Below, one piece after another: positions 59,770 to 64,000 of a DNA stretch of 64,000 bases. Origin of the DNA: an uncultured delta proteobacterium (GTDB lineage: Bacteria; Myxococcota_A; UBA9160; SMWR01); assembly GCA_963832165.1 (NCBI GenBank), contig CAWHTE010000007.1, positions 960,001-1,024,000 of the forward strand, read 5' to 3'. The notes under the pieces were generated by a model, which searched no databases, had not been told where the DNA came from, and worked only from the letters and a program-made list of their open reading frames with translations. The first letter of the stretch is position 1. Each line of letters opens with the position of its first letter. Both the position numbers and the translations under genes were made by a program.

Positions 59770-61060
59770 TCTGCGCGGCGCGGCCGCCGCACTCGGCGCG
59801 CTGACCGCGCTCGCCGCGGGCGTGCGCGCGGAGACCCGCCCGGCGCCGGTACCCGTGAAGATCTTCGTCGAGTCGCCGCATGTGGGCGAAGTGGTGAAGA
59901 ACGAGGTGCACCAGGCACCGATCCGCGGCACTGCGATCGCGTTCGGCGAGCGCCCGATCGACTTCGACATCATGCTCGTGATCGACGTCTCGGGCTCGAC
60001 CAGCAATGCGAGCGGCAGCGACGTCGATCGCGACGGTCAGATCGGGATCAACCCGCGGCTCGATCCGGCCGCCGCCGCGGGCGCCTATCCGCCCGACATG
60101 GTTTCGACCGATCCCGACGATTCGGTCCTCGCGGCCGAGGTGCGCGCGGCCGACGCACTCGTCGCGTCGCTCGCGCCGAACGGCCGCACGCGCATCGGGG
60201 TGATCAGCTTCTCGGGCGAGATGAACCCGCAGACCGGCAAGCGCGTGCGATACGACCAGCAGGACGCGTGGCTCGAGGTGCCGCTCACGGCGGACTTCGC
60301 CGCCGTGCGCGCGCGGCTGCCCCAGATCCTGCGGCGCGGACCCAGCGGCGGCACGAACTTCGCTGCGGGGATCCGGCTCGCGATCACCGAGCTTGCGGCG
60401 CTCTCGGGCGCGCGCAGCGCCGCGCGTCCCAGCGCGAAGAAGCAGGTGCTGTTCCTCTCCGACGGCCTGCCGACGTTCCCGGTCGGACTCGGCTCGGTGT
60501 CGGATCCGGGCGACATCGAGGCCGCGCTCGCGGCTGCGAACGTCGCGCAGCGCGCGGGGATATCGATCAACACCTACGCCCTCGGGCCGAGCGCGCTCAC
60601 CAATCCGTTCGCCGCCACCGAGATTTCGCGCATCACGCTCGGCACGTTCCTGCCGGTGCAGAACCCCGGCGACATCGTTTCCTTCCTGCAGGCCACGTCG
60701 TTCGCGAACGTCGACGACGTGGTGCTCACCAATCTCACGACTCGCGAGGTGTCGACCGACGTGAGCCTGCTGCCCGACGGCACCTTCTCGGGCTTCGTTC
60801 CCGTGCGCGAGGGGCGCAATCAGGTGCGCGTCACCGCGCTCACGAGCGACGGCACCAGCGCGAGCGTCGATCTCGAGCTCGAGTTCGCGGCGTCGGGAAA
60901 GTCTCCGCGCGAGCTCTCGCTCGAGCTCGAGCGGATCCGCGACCGGAACAAAGAGCTCGAGCTGCTCGTCGAGCGCGACAAGATCAAGCGCTTCCGCGAG
61001 CAGCAGCGCAAGGAGCTCGAGATCGAGGCGATGCCGGAGGCGCCGCGCCCGAAGAACTAG
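59750..61060 (+). CDS. Secreted vWA domain protein
   Basis: Signal peptide; MIDAS IDVSGST, GGTNF, FLSDG; C-terminal coiled coil. Confidence 0.85.
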   Translation: MPPATRSLRGAAAALGALTALAAGVRAETRPAPVPVKIFVESPHVGEVVKNEVHQAPIRGTAIAFGERPIDFDIMLVIDVSGSTSNASGSDVDRDGQIGINPRLDPAAAAGAYPPDMVSTDPDDSVLAAEVRAADALVASLAPNGRTRIGVISFSGEMNPQTGKRVRYDQQDAWLEVPLTADFAAVRARLPQILRRGPSGGTNFAAGIRLAITELAALSGARSAARPSAKKQVLFLSDGLPTFPVGLGSVSDPGDIEAALAAANVAQRAGISINTYALGPSALTNPFAATEISRITLGTFLPVQNPGDIVSFLQATSFANVDDVVLTNLTTREVSTDVSLLPDGTFSGFVPVREGRNQVRVTALTSDGTSASVDLELEFAASGKSPRELSLELERIRDRNKELELLVERDKIKRFREQQRKELEIEAMPEAPRPKN

Positions 61061-61067
61061 CGGGCGG

Positions 61068-62100
61068 CTACAGCGGAACCAGCGACGGGTCGTTGATCTC
61101 GCGCTTCACGAGCTTGCCGTTCTCGTAGATCGACGTGATGTCGATCTGGCCGTCGCCGTTCTTGTCCTCTTCGCGCCGCACGAGCACGGATTTGCCCTTC
61201 TGCGTGTCGTACTTCTCGAACACGTCGGGGCGGCCGTCGCCGTTCGTGTCGCGCTCGATCAGCGCCGGGATCTCCTTGTCGCCCTGCGCCTGGTATTGGG
61301 TCCACTGATCCATGCGCGAGTCGTGGTCCCGGTCTTCCTCGAGCGCGACGCGCACGCGGTTCTCGTACTTCACGACCAGGTCGATCTTCCCGTCGTCGTT
61401 GCCGTCGTGGCGCTCCTCGACGAGCGAGTCAGCCTGATAGTTGTAGAAGGCGTCGCGCTTGCCGTCTCGATTGCGGTCGACCTCGCGCGACGTCATGCGC
61501 CCGTTGCGGTACTGCTCCCACGCATCGGGCTTGCCGTTGCCGTCCTCGTCGAGCGTGCGGCGCACGAGCGCTCCGCCCTCGTACTCCTGCCATGCGTCGA
61601 GCCGGCCGTTGTAGTCGCGGTCGAGCTCGACGCGCAGCAGCGTGCTGTCGTCCTCGCCGTAGAAGCGCACCTGCTCGGGCCGCCCGTCCTCGTCGGCGTC
61701 GAGGCTGTACGCGATCACCTCGAGCTCGCGCGGGTTCTCCCACGTGCCTTGCGCGATCGTCTTCTGTTCATTGTCGAAGATGGCGAGCGGCAGCTCGCGA
61801 TCTTCGGGCGCCATCGGCGCGATGCGCGGATCGGCGCGCGTTGCGAGATCGCGTGCCGGCACGGGCGCGGCCGGCGCGCGTTTGTCCCGCTTGCGTGTGG
61901 CGTCCTTGCGCGCGGCGTCCTCCACGCGCATCTCCTCGAGCAGCTCCTGCTGGCGCTTCAGCTCGGCCTGGATCTGGCTCTCGAGCTGGTCGCCGCGTTC
62001 GACCTCGCGTTCGCGCTCGGCGCCGCTGCGCGGGCGAGCCCGCGAGCAGCCCACACACGAGACCCGCGATCGCGGGGGCGGCGAGCAGTTTCACGATCAT
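61068..62100 (-). CDS. Secreted DxDxDG (Ca-binding-like) repeat protein; frameshift near 62030
   Basis: Eight repeats such as DADEDGRPE, DRDYNGRLD, DKNGDGQID; signal peptide MIVKLLAAPAIAGLVCG in the adjacent frame. Confidence 0.75.
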
Positions 62101-62466
62101 CGATCGACCCTCACGAGGGGTGTGACGCCGAACCGCCAACCCATCTATCACACGGGTCCCCATGCGTTCAAATCACCCCGAACCCACTGACGCAATGCGA
62201 CATAGCGCGCGTTCTGGCCAGCCGGGTGGGCCAGCGCGGCAACCGACCCGCAGGATGCCCCCGAAATCGCCAGATCGAAAGGTGAAATTTTGCCACGATC
62301 CGATCGCTGACCAGTTCCGTTCGGACGGGGTGGATCGCGCGACGCACAGTTTTGCGCTAACGCAGTGCAGCGGGATCAGTGGGGTCGTCTGCCTTAGGCT
62401 CTCGGTTCCGGCGGATTTGGTCGATGCGACCGACGTAATGATGACCAGCGCGAGGAGGCTCGCCCG

Positions 62467-63822
62467 ATGGGTCTGACTCTGATCCGCAAGAGCGACGGGT
62501 CCCGCCCGATCTCCAACCCGACGGTGGCGCTCGTGCTCGCAGGCGGCGCGATCTCGGGCGGCGCGTTCAAGGTGGGCGGCCTCAAGGCGCTCAACGACTT
62601 CCTGGTCGATCGCAAGATCACCGACCTCGACCTCTACGTCGGCCTCTCGGCCGGCGCGATCCTCGGCTCGTCGCTCGCGGCGGGCGTGAGCCCCGACGAG
62701 ATGATCCGCGTGCTCGACGGCACCAGCACGCGCCTCGATCAACTGCGCCCGTTCGATCTCTACAACCCGAATCTGCGCGAGTTCGCCACGCGCCCGGCGC
62801 GCTTCGCCTACGACCTCGCGGCCTACCTGCCGAGCATCTCGCTCGACTTTGCGCGCGGCGTGCCGGGACTCCCCGCCGCGATCGGGGGCCCGCTGCGCGA
62901 ATTCATGCGCAAGCCCAACTACACGCGCTTCGAAGTTCTCGCGATGCGGCTCATCGAGCACATCTCGCCCAAGCGCGAGGTGCCGTCGCTCACCGACCAC
63001 ATCCCCGGAGGCTTCTTCGACAACAAGAGCCTCGAGCGCTGGCTGCGGCGCAGCCTCCAGCGCATCAAGATGCCCAACGACTTCCGCGCGTTCTCGCGCA
63101 AGACCGGCAAGCGGCTCTACGTGACCGCCTGTGATCTCGATACGGCCGAGCGCGTGATCTTCGGCGCCGACGAGAACAGCGAGCTCACGATCTCCCAGGC
63201 GGTGCAGGCGTCGAGCGCGCTTCCGATCTTCTACAAGCCCGCTCGCATCAACGGCGTCGATTACGTCGACGGCGGCGTGCGCCACACCGCGAACATCGAC
63301 GTCGCGATCGAGAAAGGCGCCGACCTCATCATCTGCTACAACCCGTTCCGGCCGTTCCTGAACCGGATCGATGCCGAAGACACGGACACCTCGTACTTCG
63401 CCGACGGCCGCTATCTCGCCGACCGCGGGCTCAAGGCGATCATCAACCAGGTGTTCCGTACGCTCCTGCACTCGCGCCTCAAGCTCGGCATCCAGCGCTA
63501 TCTCGCAGACGACCGCTTCCGCGGTGACATCGTGCTGCTCGAGCCGCGCGAGAACGACAGCGACTACTTTGGCACCAACCCGATCGCGTTCTGGAAGCGC
63601 GCGCGCGCGGTGCAGCACGGCTTCGAGTCGGTGCACAGCACGGTGCTCCAGAACTTCGAGCAACTCGAGAGCGTGTTCGCCCGGTACGGGATCCAGCTCG
63701 ACCGCGAGGCCGCGCGCCGGCGCGCAGCGCGCGCTCGGGTGGCCCAGGGCTGGCGCGAGGACACGTCCTCGGACGCCGAGCCCAACGAGGAGAGCCCGGG
63801 GCTGCGGCTGGTCGGGTCCTGA
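62467..63822 (+). CDS. Patatin-like phospholipase
   Basis: LAGGAISGG, GLSAG (GxSxG), YVDGG. Confidence 0.9.
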   Translation: MGLTLIRKSDGSRPISNPTVALVLAGGAISGGAFKVGGLKALNDFLVDRKITDLDLYVGLSAGAILGSSLAAGVSPDEMIRVLDGTSTRLDQLRPFDLYNPNLREFATRPARFAYDLAAYLPSISLDFARGVPGLPAAIGGPLREFMRKPNYTRFEVLAMRLIEHISPKREVPSLTDHIPGGFFDNKSLERWLRRSLQRIKMPNDFRAFSRKTGKRLYVTACDLDTAERVIFGADENSELTISQAVQASSALPIFYKPARINGVDYVDGGVRHTANIDVAIEKGADLIICYNPFRPFLNRIDAEDTDTSYFADGRYLADRGLKAIINQVFRTLLHSRLKLGIQRYLADDRFRGDIVLLEPRENDSDYFGTNPIAFWKRARAVQHGFESVHSTVLQNFEQLESVFARYGIQLDREAARRRAARARVAQGWREDTSSDAEPNEESPGLRLVGS

Positions 63823-64000
63823 GGGACTCGAACGGCCGCCAATCGCTGAGGCTGGCGAAAACTCCACGATCTCGGTAATTTGGGGCTCTCGCTCGGGCCG
63901 GCATCCTGTCCCGCGGCCCTCAGGGAAACCCCGGCAGTCGCCCCCCACCTCGCTGGATGTGCACGCTAATCGCCTTCCATCGATGCTTCGCGGGCGTTCC

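Noticed and set aside
62341..62356. Sigma54 promoter upstream of patatin (CGCACAGTTTTGC)
   Set aside because: Lacks the invariant GG at the correct spacing
62173..63948. 591-aa minus-strand ORF
   Set aside because: Antisense shadow of the patatin gene
63840..64000. Possible riboswitch around GGGAAACCCCGGCAGTCGCC
   Set aside because: Insufficient match to cobalamin or c-di-GMP consensus, and the context is cut by the window end

Overview
High-GC (roughly 70% by eye) bacterial chromosomal window. The gene content (PEP-CTERM proteins, bactofilin, sigma54 promoters, Topo VI) suggests a Myxococcota/Deltaproteobacteria-like organism; this is inference only. 1-20 kb holds a mosaic of catabolic and redox modules: two P450s, an oxidative pentose phosphate operon, an orphan CoxIII/CoxIV membrane module, a Rieske dioxygenase/extradiol cluster, and an ars locus containing a TauD-family dioxygenase. 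20-40 kb holds envelope and secreted-protein genes. 40-64 kb holds a variant arginine succinyltransferase operon, a Fur-box-preceded operon (Com-like zinc finger, porin, FMN-binding protein, His-rich membrane protein, ApbE), rfbAC, an archaeal-type DNA topoisomerase VI (top6B-top6A), comM, and several surface-protein genes. About eight frameshifts, nearly all +1, most likely reflect long-read assembly error. No tRNA, rRNA, CRISPR array, integrase or transposase was recognised. Strongest candidates for undescribed systems: the Fur-regulated porin/flavinylation operon, the ArsR-TauD-aquaporin arsenic operon, the AST pathway with an ArgZ-like dihydrolase in place of AstB, and the orphan CoxIII/IV module.
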